Source: Octopus bimaculoides (Eukaryota). From it: a DNA stretch of 64,000 bases. The notes below the pieces were generated by a model. It had not been told where the DNA came from, did no database searches, and was given only the letters and a program-made list of their open reading frames with translations. Below are positions 1 through 12,705 of the stretch, in pieces (within the stretch, counting starts at the first letter, position 1; the number at the start of each line of letters is the position of its first letter). The translations under genes were made by a program, and so were the position numbers. The stretch lies in assembly GCF_001194135.2 (NCBI RefSeq), contig NC_068985.1, forward strand, positions 21,058,325 through 21,122,324. Direction: 5' to 3'.

Positions 1-1117
1 TTTATTATCTGATGCCAAAATTTTTCGTGCACTATCTGCAACCTGTTTATTGACTCAACTCCACTGCAGCTGTTCTGAGATGAAACTGATGGCCACTATG
101 TATAGGCTTCAGGATTTTAAATATAATTCGTTTCTCATCTACATAGGCCAGTCATTTTCTGGTGCTCATAGCAAGTCAGAAAATTTTTGCCTTTGGTTGA
201 AATTCATGTACTCTCTCTTTCTTTCTCTCAGTGGGGTCACTTTTGGCATTGAACTGTACAAAAGAATCAGAAATTAATGACTCCAAAGAAGTGGATCTAT
301 CAGTCCAAGACAATAGAAAGAAAGATTGGCACAAGTTGTATAAGGGGCTGAGAGTGGTGATAGTAGTAACAGCAGCAGTAAAAGTGTTCAATGCCAAAAA
401 TACTCCCACACAGAGAATGTATGAAGAGGATACATAAATTTTAATCAAAAGCCAAATTTTCTCATCCACTATGAGCACCAAACAATGACTGACATATGAG
501 TATGAAAGAATTGTTTAAAACTTTGAATCCTATATATTACTGGCCAACAGCCACATCTCAGAACCGTTGTAGTAACACTGTGTTAGTTAACAGGTCATGT
601 ATAGTGCAGCAATAATTTTGATACAAAATAATAAATGATTTGATAATAGTTTTTGTGTGATTTTCAATGACATATGTGTCTTCCACACTGTATAATTGCC
701 ATATAAAAGTATGTATTTATATATCATCATCGTTTTAGAATGCCCTTTTCTATGCTTTCCTAGTTCACACAAAATTCACTGAAGCAGATTTTCTATGGTT
801 GGATGCTCTTCCTGTCACCATCATACACCTGTTTCCAAGCAACATAATTGCTTGGAAATTACTGAGGATCAGTTAATTATTTGGAAACATGAAATATTCA
901 AGACAGATAACATGATAAATTCATCATATATGGTACTTAATTAGGTGAGCTTCTATCCCAATATTACCTGCTTTTTCCAGCACTTCTGTGTCAGGTGTAA
1001 AAGATTTCCACTTAATGTTTAATACATACCTAAGACACATCTCTAAGGTGTGCATTAAATATTCATTCTCTTAAATATTTTCATGTTATCAAAAAGAGGT
1101 CTGTATCTCAGATAAAA

Positions 1118-1870
1118 CTAGTAGTGATGTGATGACACAAGCATCATGGATGTGAAACTTGGTTGACAGTTTAAAGTCAGACTCGTATCCAGTGTCCCAA
1201 ATGCAGCTGAATCATTCTCAGATCTCAAATTGATTTTGAAATCTAGGAGTTCATCTCTAGAGACAGAGCTGCCAAGATACACAAAAACATCCACTACATC
1301 AAGTCTGGTCCCTGAGACAAGTGTTTTCATTTCCATATAAGCTGCTTCTGGATGAGATTTAAACATCATCTTTGTCTTCTTCAAGCTTATTATAAATCCA
1401 AAAATAGCATAGACACTGGAGAAGAGATTCACTTTTTTTGTTCCAAGCGAGACACAAGAACACGATCATCAGCATACAACAAATTAGAAGCAATGATTAT
1501 AAAGATCTTTGAATGAGTTTTGAAACAGTTCAGATTAAGCAGTTTACTTGTGTGGTAATGGGCAAAGTTACCTAAATAACAATGTTTAGATGCATGGGCA
1601 ATCACCATTGCAATGTCGATGCAGGCATATTTTGGTGCAGGCATATCACCCTGTTTAATACCATTACCTCCTAGAATCATTTAATGAGAGCACCATTTGA
1701 GGTGAAGTTGGCCTTCATACCTCAATTTTTCCACGATACTCCACAATACATTTCTATGAATGTTCTCATTAAATTAACAAAACTTTAATGAAGAAGTCTC
1801 TGCTCTGTACAGTTCTGCAACAGTCTGTGATGTCTCTACCAGATCTAAACCAACAATGAAGTTTCTGGGA
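1118..1870 (-). mobile_element. Decayed RTE-clade LINE reverse transcriptase fragment
   Basis: Minus-strand translations GIKQGDMPAP, LLYADD, KTKMMF and VDVFVYLGS...SAAFGTL match RTE RT motifs. Frameshifts and stops present. Ends approximate. Confidence 0.85.
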
Positions 1871-2436
1871 CAAAAATGGATTGTATGTATATCTGCAGAT
1901 CATTCAAGTAAAGTAAATCAAACACACAAAAATGACCACATTTGAACATGTTGCCTTTTCCCTGGTACAGCATTTTCCCAATCTTATGACACATATGAGG
2001 AATTCCACATGTTAACTATTAGTGTGACCACATGAACACCCACTATATCTCCACCATTCTTAATATTATCTAATTCATCAATACAGGGATCTGCTGTAGA
2101 TTTTAAATGACATTCACATATACTGTGTATGGACTATGGAAAAAAAAATCTATAAAATATGCTGTCAAAGCATTGCAGTCATGATCATCAGATTGTGGCT
2201 TTTATTGCCAAACCAGGCAGCATGTTGTGTGCTTGAGTAAAACACTTTTCTTTCAGATTGCTCTACAATCACTTTCAAATCTGATGTGGCACAGCATGCA
2301 CCTGAACAGGTAATGTCAGTTTGATAGAGAGGATTTTCAGTACAAAAGTTTTATCATTATAAACAAATTATCAATGCAGTTGTTCAGTAAGAAATTGCAG
2401 AACCCTCTTCTATCATTTATGACAAGAGAGTCCAAC

Positions 2437-3021
2437 GTCATCCCATAAATAATGTGAATTTTTATACTTTTATTTTTCAAAATTAAGATAAACAAATTTC
2501 TTTCTTAATCTAAAATATACTCTCTTTCATTTTCTACAATGCTCTTCCATCTATCTGGTAGACTTGCAAGGCCCCTCTTCCAAAATTTACTTGTCCGTGA
2601 TGAAAAATACTACCCCTGTACTGTTCTGTCCTTGTCTACAGAATTCATATTTTCCCTTCCAAATGATTTTGAAGACTACAGAATAAATGATAATCAGATG
2701 GGGCAATGTCCAATGAATATGGTGGGTTGGGCATCGTTTCCCATTCAAACTTCTCCAGCCTTTGGAATGTCATCCTCGCTGTATGTGGCTGAGCATTATC
2801 CTGTTGGAAGAATACCTTTCATCTTGAAACCAAAGATGGTTATTTTTCTTCCAGTGCTGACTTAAGCTGCTCAAGCTGCTTGCAGTAGATCTACTTTGTT
2901 ATCGTTTGGTTTGGGTTTAAAAGTTCAAAGTGGTCTACACTTTTCATATCCCACCAACAGATAACAACGCCTTACGTGGGTGAAGACCCTCTTTAGCCTG
3001 GGGTGGGTGCTTGACATTTTA
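2437..3021 (-). mobile_element. Mariner transposon 3' fragment (internally deleted)
   Basis: Reverse complement aligns to the 4383-5009 copy (QQDNAQPH, PPYS..I..SDYHL motifs) with an approximately 35-bp internal deletion and a terminal-repeat-like end. Confidence 0.88.
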
Positions 3022-3327
3022 AAACCTGCCTAGATAATATCTTCAATGTATAAAACTATTAGTAGCTCATGATTATATGCTGTGTACATTAAACAAAAGA
3101 TAATGCACGAAACTCTCAAACCTTGAGTCACTCTGATACTTCTGCTAAATATTAAAATATACAGGTGCAGACATGGCTATGTGGTAAGAAGCTTGCTTCC
3201 CAATCACATGGTTCCAGGTTCGATCCCACTTCATGGTACCTTGGCAAGTGTCTTCTACTATACCCTGAAGCTGACTAAAGCTTTGTGAGAGGATGTGGGA
3301 GACAGAAACTGAAAAGAAGTCTGTTGG

Positions 3328-3367
<40 letters not shown>

Positions 3368-4301
3368 NNNNNNNNNNNNNNNNNNNNNNNNNNNNNNNNN
3401 NNNNNNNNNNNNNNNNNNNNNNNNNNNNNNNNNNNNNNNNNNNNNNNNNNNNNNNNNNNNNNNNNNNNNNNNNNNNNNNNNNNNNNNNNNNNNNNNNNNN
3501 NNNNNNNNNNNNNNNNNNNNNNNNNNNNNNNNNNNNNNNNNNNNNNNNNNNNNNNNNNNNNNNNNNNNNNNNNNNNNNNNNNNNNNNNNNNNNNNNNNNN
3601 NNNNNNNNNNNNNNNNNNNNNNNNNNNNNNNNNNNNNNNNNNNNNNNNNNNNNNNNNNNNNNNNNNNNNNNNNNNNNNNNNNNNNNNNNNNNNNNNNNNN
3701 NNNNNNNNNNNNNNNNNNNNNNNNNNNNNNNNNNNNNNNNNNNNNNNNNNNNNNNNNNNNNNNNNNNNNNNNNNNNNNNNNNNNNNNNNNNNNNNNNNNN
3801 NNNNNNNNNNNNNNNNNNNNNNNNNNNNNNNNNNNNNNNNNNNNNNNNNNNNNNNNNNNNNNNNNNNNNNNNNNNNNNNNNNNNNNNNNNNNNNNNNNNN
3901 NNNNNNNNNNNNNNNNNNNNNNNNNNNNNNNNNNNNNNNNNNNNNNNNNNNNNNNNNNNNNNNNNNNNNNNNNNNNNNNNNNNNNNNNNNNNNNNNNNNN
4001 NNNNNNNNNNNNNNNNNNNNNNNNNNNNNNNNNNNNNNNNNNNNNNNNNNNNNNNNNNNNNNNNNNNNNNNNNNNNNNNNNNNNNNNNNNNNNNNNNNNN
4101 NNNNNNNNNNNNNNNNNNNNNNNNNNNNNNNNNNNNNNNNNNNNNNNNNNNNNNNNNNNNNNNNNNNNNNNNNNNNNNNNNNNNNNNNNNNNNNNNNNNN
4201 NNNNNNNNNNNNNNNNNNNNNNNNNNNNNNNNNNNNNNNNNNNNNNNNNNNNNNNNNNNNNNNNNNNNNNNNNNNNNNNNNNNNNNNNNNNNNNNNNNNN
4301 N
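3368..4301. other. Assembly gap (largest of 8 N runs)
   Basis: Other gaps: 7835-8243, 10413-10862, 13146-13155, 20224-20297, 26183-26666, 27085-27094, 32490-32594. Confidence 0.99.
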
Positions 4302-5009
4302 CTCTTCTTTGCAGTTACATCTCATGAATGAACCTTTTTTTGGACCAAATAGTGACAGGTGATGAGAAATGGATTCTCTATAAAAATGTCAAGCACTGAA
4401 GTCAGTGGGTAGGGAAAGGAGAAACACCAGCACCCCAGGCTAAAGAAGTTTTTCACTTATGTAAGGTGTTGTTATCTGTTTGGTGGAATATGAAAGGTTT
4501 AGTCCACTTTGAACTTTTAAACCCAAACCAAATTATAACAAAGGAGATCTACTGTGAGCAGCTTCAGTGGCTTAAGTCAGTGCTAGAAGAAAAACAACCA
4601 TTTTTGGTTTCAAGACGAAAGGTATTGTTCCAATAGAATAATGCTTGGCCACATACAGCTAGGATGACATTCCTAAGGCTGGAGCAGTTTGATTGGGAAA
4701 CGATGCCCCACCCACCATATTCGCTGGACATTGCCCCATCTGATTATCATTTATTGCACAGTCTTCAAAATCATTTGGATGGAAAAAATATAAATTATGC
4801 AGACGAGGTCAGAACGGTATAGGAGTAGTATTTTTCATCACGGATAAGTGAATTTTGGAAGAGGAGCCTTGCAAGTCTACCAGATAGATGGAAGAGCATT
4901 GTAGAAAATGAAAGAGAGTATATTTTAGATTAAGAAAGAAATCTGTTTATCTTAATTTTGAAAAATAAAAGTATAAAAAAACCACATTATTTATATGATG
5001 ATCCAACAT
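4302..5009 (+). mobile_element. Mariner transposon, decayed transposase 3' two-thirds
   Basis: IVTGDEKW at 4349-4372 and HPPYSLDIAPSDYHL motif. The second catalytic Asp region is mutated and has a stop. Ends in a TIR-like sequence before TA. 5' part lies in the N gap. Confidence 0.92.
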
Positions 5010-5074
5010 TAGTTTGAGGTAGGAAAATGAATGAATGCCATTGTGGCTTATTTCTATTACAGAATTACCACACA

Positions 5075-5223
5075 ACATGGCTGTTTGATAAGAAGCTTAC
5101 TTCCCAACCACATGGTTCCTGGTTCAGTTCCACTGCATGGCACCTTGGGCAAGTGTCTTCTACTATAGCCTTGTGCCAACCAAAGCCCTATGAGTGGATT
5201 TGGTAGGTGGAAACTGAAAGAAG

Positions 5224-5260
<37 letters not shown>

Positions 5261-5735
5261 TTGCTATTATGCAAAAGTGTCATAAGTCCAAGATGTTTCT
5301 TTTTCAGAAAACAAAAAAATAGTTTCACCATTCCATAGCAAAACCATTGTACTACATTTGGACAATTTTTGATATTTTGGCATCTGAAGCAGCTGGAGAT
5401 ACGATAGTTTGACCAAAAGAACCGACTATTGCAAGCAAAAATAAATATTGTAAAAAACGCATTTGCCCAAATTTGGACATATGACAGTTTAACATAATAA
5501 CGATATATATATATGTGTGTGTCTTTTGCATCTGTGTTTGTCCACCACCACCATTGCTGAGCAATCGGTGTTGGTGTTTACATCCCCATAACTTAGAGGT
5601 TCAGCAAAGGACACTGATAAAATAAGTACCAGGCTTAAAAAGAAGTCCTGCAATCTTTTCATTTGACAAAAACATTCTTCAAGGTGGTACCCCAGCATGG
5701 CCACAATCTAATGTCTGAAACAAGTAAAAACAGAA
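5075..5735 (+). mobile_element. tRNA-derived SINE (family A, microsatellite-containing)
   Basis: Shares the head ggctgtgtggtaag...gttcagtcccactg...ggcaagtgtcttctactatagcc and tail ...gactgaaacaagtaaaa with many other copies (about 3163, 11490, 17497, 20030, 35480). Confidence 0.8.
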
Positions 5736-7047
5736 AAAACAACATCTTTTTTTTTTCATGTTGAAAATCTTTGCAGGTAATTCATTTATATTTTAATAAA
5801 AATATAATAGTTTTCACAAATATTTGGTTTGTATCATAGAAAAATAATTGCTAATATTAATTTAAGTAACAGATTTTTATTTGTTTACATTATAGGATCT
5901 CAGTTTATTTGCTCTTGAATTATATAAATATCTGAAGTTACAACATAAAAAATTAAAAGACATTTCCTTTTCTTTGCTTTTCTTTTTTCTAAAATGGATA
6001 CTATGCAAAATCCAGTAATTTTCTCCTTTTATTTAACATGCTGTTATTTTAGAATTAAAAATTTGTTTATATAACTAAATGATATAGAATTGTATTTTGC
6101 TTAGAAAATTAGTATGAATAGATATATTTTAGCTATGCAGAATTTGTACATTTAATTATGTACTATATTTAGATGGATTGTCATCTTTTTCTCAAGAAAG
6201 TTGGCAGAAAAATATCCCCCAATTTGAAATATAAACTTAAAGATTCTCTAGAGTAACATGTCAGAATGATATGTTGTTTATTAACATAATTTAAAGATAA
6301 TATTTCAGAAACAACTTCATTGTTGAAATCTAAAATATTAAATTTCTTTTCTAACAGATGGTTTTATCTTCTGCAGTTGTATCTCCTTACCAAAATTACA
6401 CATCTTACAAGAAATCGATGATTTGCTCATAAATTAATATTATATATGCAAAAAGCAGTTTTAACACTTTTCCTGTACATGAAAAAATTAATGCTTATTA
6501 CTATAATTTTTCAATTAATATAACTTTTCTATCTAAAATGTTCTATTTTGGTTTTCTATTGTGAGCTAGAAATACATTTTGCTTTAATTAATAACTGGAA
6601 CTTAATTTTAGCTTCAATAATTCAATTTAGTATTTTTAGTCTTTGGGGTAGTTCAAAAAGCTTTTGGCTTTATTATATGCTTCACTAACTTGCATTTGTT
6701 GTTCAGCTTTAATTTGTTTTGACAAATATTTCTTTAAACACGGTCATATACATAGCCACACATAAATTGACTCTTTGAGTATCCCAATCATCTAATAGAA
6801 ATATCATATTCATTTTCAATCTAGAACATATTGAATAGTAACTATCCTGTCTTTCAAATATTATTATTTCATCCCATTACTTCCCATTGTGATCAGGTCA
6901 ATGGCTAAATCAGTTGAAGAAAGTGCCCCAGCAAAGCTATATTCTAATGACTGGGACCAGTAAAGGAATAAAAGATGGTTTTAGTATCTCATTTTTATTC
7001 GATTATTATCAAAGATAATCATTATATTACTGCATGCATATATATAT

Positions 7048-7082
<35 letters not shown>

Positions 7083-7291
7083 TAGTAAAACAAACAAGAA
7101 AACAGAACTCAAAATACGTGTGTAAATATATATATAAAGATTTACTTTTCGTAATGAGATAAAAAAAAACCAAGGCTTTTAGAACATTTATAAATAGAAG
7201 GTCTTACAACTGTTTCCAGGATATTTATTATATCCCTTCAGCAGAGACAGTGTGAGAAGATGGTTAAGCAATAGTTAATTTAGATAAGATA

Positions 7292-8264
7292 CGAAATGTA
7301 AAACACCCTTTCTTTTCTTCCCTGAGCATTAAAAGTTTGCATGTACCATGTCCTTGCATTGTTGTTTTTCCGCCATTTTTTTTTGGAGGGGGGGTTAATT
7401 ATATATACAGGATATACCAGGGCTCCATAACTACCATCTTAGCTATAACCTTGGAGCCCTGGTAATCTGTTAAGGCATTTAAATGATATGTGAATACCCG
7501 TCAGAGTGTAAGTATCTTGAGAGAAAAGCTGAACATTAGAAGCATCAGTTGTGGTGTGCAAGAGAGACGATTGCGCTGGTATGGACATGTGGTGAGAATG
7601 GATGAGGATAGCTGCGTGAAAAAGTGCCACACCCTAACAGTTGAGGGAACCCGTGGAAGAGGTAGGCCCAGGAAGACCTGGGCTGAGGTGGTGAGGCAAG
7701 ACCTTCGTACATTGGGCCTCACCGAGGCGATGACTACTGACCGAGACCTTTGGAAATTTGCTGTGCGTGAGAAGACCCGGCAAGCCAAGTAAGATCGTTG
7801 CCAGTGCCCCTGGACTGGCTCTTGTGCGGGTGGCNNNNNNNNNNNNNNNNNNNNNNNNNNNNNNNNNNNNNNNNNNNNNNNNNNNNNNNNNNNNNNNNNN
7901 NNNNNNNNNNNNNNNNNNNNNNNNNNNNNNNNNNNNNNNNNNNNNNNNNNNNNNNNNNNNNNNNNNNNNNNNNNNNNNNNNNNNNNNNNNNNNNNNNNNN
8001 NNNNNNNNNNNNNNNNNNNNNNNNNNNNNNNNNNNNNNNNNNNNNNNNNNNNNNNNNNNNNNNNNNNNNNNNNNNNNNNNNNNNNNNNNNNNNNNNNNNN
8101 NNNNNNNNNNNNNNNNNNNNNNNNNNNNNNNNNNNNNNNNNNNNNNNNNNNNNNNNNNNNNNNNNNNNNNNNNNNNNNNNNNNNNNNNNNNNNNNNNNNN
8201 NNNNNNNNNNNNNNNNNNNNNNNNNNNNNNNNNNNNNNNNNNNGGACGTTAAACGATGATGATG

Positions 8265-8295
<31 letters not shown>

Positions 8296-8565
8296 CACAA
8301 AGTATGGGGGTTTAATTCACAGGAAATCTAAAAGACTAGGTACTCTATTTAAATGCTGTAACAGATTACCAAGGCTCTAAGGTTATAGCTAAGATGGTAG
8401 TTATGGAGCCCTGGTATATCTTATATATATAATTCACCACCGACCCACATACACACACACACAAAAAAACCGGAGAAAAGACATAAGAAAAAACAACAAT
8501 GCGAGGACATAGTACATACAAAGTTTTAATGCTCAGGGAAGGAAAGAAAGGGTGTTTTACATTTC
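7292..8565. repeat. Inverted repeat (arms about 7292-7486 and 8344-8565), Penelope-like-derived, interrupted by an RTE insertion
   Basis: The arms are diverged reverse complements by eye, and the right arm continues into a hammerhead motif. Confidence 0.75.
7498..8265 (+). mobile_element. 5'-truncated RTE-clade LINE, young copy
   Basis: Uninterrupted RT C-terminus LRWYGHVVRM...GRGRPRKTW...DRDLWK. The 3' end ggacgttaaac(gat)n lies across the gap. Confidence 0.92.
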
Positions 8566-8589
8566 AAGCTATGCTCTTCTTCAGAAACA
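8553..8589 (-). ncRNA. Minimal type I hammerhead ribozyme motif (CpG-decayed)
   Basis: UGUUU-CUGAAGA-A-GAGC AUA GCUU-GAAA-UG-UA^AAACA: 5-bp stem I, core, stem II and GUA triplet. Confidence 0.7.
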
Positions 8590-11110
8590 GGAGACATAAG
8601 AAAGTCCAATATGTACCATACTGAAGTTTACATGCCCCACAGAATTCCTAAGTCAGCCACAACAAAATAGTAAGTCCAAAAAATTGTTTTAAAGTAAAAG
8701 AAAAACAAAAAAAGGAAGAAAGTAAGTTTAGAGATCCAATGAGCATTTTAGCATAAGGTGAGATCCAAAATATGCATAAGAAACATGTATCTTACATTTT
8801 ACCTTTTCCACTCCCTCAATTTGGAATTTTATTCAGATTTTTAGCAGCATTAGTTGCTAACAGTGAGCTGTATAGAATCTATCAGCTTATTGGATTTCTT
8901 TGCAACTTCGATATAGGAAAAAGTGTATAACTCTTAATGCCAATAATTTGTTATTGTATCTTATCATATACTGTCCACTTTTTGTTCTCTATACTGGTCA
9001 CCTACTGCTTGAAGCTTACAAACTCGGACCCTTGGATTATATTTATATATCACTGATAAAGAAATTGCTTTTAGTATTTATTTATACATGCACCATGCAT
9101 ATAAATAGAGTCAATTGTTTCATCTTTCTATGATTAGAGATAACCAACAGCTAGTGATCAGCTCTATTGATTACTTTAGGGTTGGGGAGAGGAAATTCAA
9201 TTGTATTAATCCTAGTCTTCAACTGGTACTTGTTTTATTGACTCTCAGAAAGATAAATGGAACAATTAATTTCAGTAGAAAATTTAGAGGGGAAAAAAGA
9301 TTCTAAGTAGATACAACAAGTCATTTTGTGTGATACTGTGTCTACTCTGCTTATTGCGTGCCCACTAAATATATTAATAAAACATAACTACTTTATGATT
9401 GTCTACAGGAAAAATTGAGTCATCTTTTAAGAAAGCTTTAAAAAAAATACTTTGTATCATTTCAGTACTTCAACAGAGTTAATCTGTTCCTTAGCTTAAC
9501 ACCATCACCTAACTTTTGGATACATTTAATGGACTTCATTCTGTTACAACCCACTATCTTCCATACTACTTACACAAGCCTTCCCACACCAACCACTCCA
9601 TATTACTCCGTCACCTCCCACTTTTCTCATTTGCCTTTCTGCATTCATGGTATTAACTTCTATGTTCTTTCTCTCTCCAAAAAAGGATAAACATCCAAAA
9701 TATATTTTTTCTCACTCCTTGTGGCAAAACAATTCACTGTAATTTTTATTTATTTATAGGCTTTAAGACTATCCTTCTGGTTTGTACAGTTCAATGCTTC
9801 TTGCCAAACTATTTCAGTTTTACAGCTGAACACTTTTACATTTCTCAAAGAAATATTTCTTCTGGATAAAAGTTACTTTTTGTAAACAAGCCATTAAGCA
9901 CCAATTTTCTTAATGGAAAATAGAATCAAGTTTTATGTCATTCAGGATTTCTGTTTTCTTTTTTCACTTATTATCTAATAATACAGATTACATTTCAAAA
10001 TCTCCCTTCTACAACTTCATCAGATTTTCATTATTAGAGCATCGAACTGAAGTGCAAATATTATATAGATTTTCCAAGGAAAGAAAGTATACATATGCAT
10101 GTTACTGTTATCATCAGCAGGAGAAGATACAATATTTCATCACTTTCCAATGTGCTTAAGACATTTTGCTTGAGCTTTTTCAGAAATGTTTTTATTTCAG
10201 ACTCTATTCAGTTGATTATGTTGATATTTGAACCATTTTTAAATCCCTTGACATTTAAAAGTATAAAATGTTGCATCATTTGATTTGTCAAATGTACTTG
10301 TGATAAAAAAAAAAAACTGTTTCTGAAAACAATCACTCTTTTTACTTACAAAGTCTTATTAAATAATACTTAGATATTTCAAGCAAGATTTTCTTTTATA
10401 TATATATATATGNNNNNNNNNNNNNNNNNNNNNNNNNNNNNNNNNNNNNNNNNNNNNNNNNNNNNNNNNNNNNNNNNNNNNNNNNNNNNNNNNNNNNNNN
10501 NNNNNNNNNNNNNNNNNNNNNNNNNNNNNNNNNNNNNNNNNNNNNNNNNNNNNNNNNNNNNNNNNNNNNNNNNNNNNNNNNNNNNNNNNNNNNNNNNNNN
10601 NNNNNNNNNNNNNNNNNNNNNNNNNNNNNNNNNNNNNNNNNNNNNNNNNNNNNNNNNNNNNNNNNNNNNNNNNNNNNNNNNNNNNNNNNNNNNNNNNNNN
10701 NNNNNNNNNNNNNNNNNNNNNNNNNNNNNNNNNNNNNNNNNNNNNNNNNNNNNNNNNNNNNNNNNNNNNNNNNNNNNNNNNNNNNNNNNNNNNNNNNNNN
10801 NNNNNNNNNNNNNNNNNNNNNNNNNNNNNNNNNNNNNNNNNNNNNNNNNNNNNNNNNNNNNNGAACCTAACTTCTATAAATGAGGAAATTAACATATTTT
10901 ATGGAGAAACAATCATTTATAAAAGTGCTGATTCCTGCAATATTCTTTTTTTTTATTTGTTTCAGTCATTGGATCACAATAATGCTGCAGCAGTGTTTCA
11001 AAAGGTTTAGTGAAACAAAGTGACTTCAATTTTTTAAAGTTTGGAACTTATTCTATCAATCTCTTTTGCTGTTAAGTATTATAGTGGGGGAGACAGACAC
11101 AAAAACAAAG

Positions 11111-11141
<31 letters not shown>

Positions 11142-11154
11142 ATATATATATTAT

Positions 11155-11349
11155 ATTACATGCCGGTGGCACGTCAAAAGCACCTACTACACTCTCGGAG
11201 AGGTTGGCATTAGGAAGGGCATCCAGCTGTAGAAACCTTGCCAGATCAGATTGGAACCTGGTGCAGCCTCCTGCCTTGCCAGTGCTCAGTCAAACCGTCC
11301 AACCCATGCCAGCATGGAAAGCAGACATTAAACGATGATGATGACGATG

Positions 11350-11350
<1 letters not shown>
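11155..11350 (+). mobile_element. RTE-type 3' tail fragment
   Basis: ccgtccaacccatgccagcatggaaagcagacattaaac(gat)n. The same tail occurs at about 31690-31860 (+), 34660-34745 (-), 44750-45090 (-) and 63895-64000 (-). Confidence 0.75.
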
Positions 11351-11406
<56 letters not shown>

Positions 11407-11669
11407 ACTCGACTGACACATATATGAATGCATCTTTTCCCTGACATATATATAAATATATATATATGTATATACACACACACACACAATGGGCTTCCAC
11501 ATATTTTCCATCTATCAAATTCACTTACAAAGCATTAGTTGGCTTGGGGCTATATTAGAAGACAATTACCCAAGATGCCACACAGTTGGACTGAACCCAA
11601 AACCATGTGGTTATAAAATGAACTTGTTTAACTACAATGTCATGCCTGTACAGCAATTAAAACAATCTG

Positions 11670-12158
11670 TCTATTGATCCACTGAAGTTCCTAATTAGCT
11701 GTAACTTTGGTGGACCCTCTCCTCATTGATTAGACAGACTTTGAAAAAGTAGTTTGTTATAATACCATCGTGAAATCCAAATAAGGCTAATGGACCATTA
11801 TGCACTGGAATAAAAATTCACATAATACATGAATGCATGATTGAAAGCAACATTGTCACAAGTGGTGAACATTATGGAAAACATGTCATTAAACTGAGAC
11901 CTTCTGACACCACTCTGCCATTCAACTGCCTTGTACGATTACAGCTTTAGCAATAATAGTCTTAAATTCAGTCATTGAGCAAAATATGTCTTTCCTCTAT
12001 GATTGATCTATTTTAATTGACAGGAAATATTGTATGTTGTTCTGTCAAAAGGTAGAGTGAGTGCTGCTTGTAGAGTGACAATGTCAGAATCATCATTGAA
12101 GTTGTGTGCACTAACATTTTACTCATATTAAAACTTTCTAAAGTTATATAGCATCTAG
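11670..12158 (+). mobile_element. Decayed Helitron, PIF1-like helicase C-terminal fragment with putative 3' end
   Basis: Frame reads PLCTGIKIHIIHECMIESNIVTSGEHYGKHVIKLRPSDTTLPF, similar to the Helitron motif GLCNGTRL...TG.H.G..V.IPRI.L.PSD..LPF. A weak hairpin at 12132-12145 is followed by CTAG|T at 12155-12158. Confidence 0.6.
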
Positions 12159-12300
12159 TTAATTGAGATAAATTTTTATATACTTCAGTATTTTAGTACA
12201 TACTAGATGGACCCGTGAAAAATTCACAGAAAATATAAAAAATGTACGCATCTGTAAATTGTGTGCTGGTGCCATGAGAAATGTTTCTATATTGTGACAG

Positions 12301-12518
12301 TTAAAGGTGGTGAGCTGGCAGAATCATTAGCATGCTGGGAGAAATGCTTAGCAGTATTTCATCTGTCTTTACATTCAGAGTTCAAATTCTGCCAAGGTCG
12401 TCTTTGCCTTTCATCTTTTTGGGGTCGATAAATCAAGTACCAGTTGTGTACTGGGGTTCATCTAATTGAATGCCCCTCCTCCCCAAAAAATTCAGGACTT
12501 GTGCCTATAGTAGAAATG
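12301..12518 (+). mobile_element. tRNA-derived SINE (family B) inserted in the Helitron
   Basis: A-box-like tggcagaatc and B-box gagttcaaatt. 13-bp TSD tatattg(t/c)gacag at 12288-12300 and 12519-12531. Confidence 0.88.
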
Positions 12519-12630
12519 TATATTGCGACAGGGTCATAACCCGGGGATGGTGTAACATTGGCTCCAAATGAGGTGAATGAATACATTGAGTTATAGTTTC
12601 TGATGTTCCATCATTCCTTCAATGTCGATA

Positions 12631-12705
12631 TTCCTTCAAAGTTCATTCCTTCAAAGTTCATTCCTTCAAAGTTCATTCCTTCAAAGTTCATTCCTTCAAA
12701 GTTCA
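12631..12705. repeat. 15-bp tandem repeat x5 (ttccttcaaagttca)
   Basis: Five perfect units flanked by a duplicated 17-mer (12614-12630 and 12706-12722). Confidence 0.95.

Noticed and set aside
5745-5782. Recursive-splice-like ttgcAG|GTAATT (also cacAG|GTATTC near 19344)
   Set aside because: Such motifs are expected by chance in 60 kb of AT-rich intron and cannot be supported without RNA data.
9983-10030. Minus-strand CUGAUGA...GAAAUGUA hammerhead-like string
   Set aside because: Stem II does not pair and stem I has only 2 bp, so it is likely chance in AT-rich DNA.
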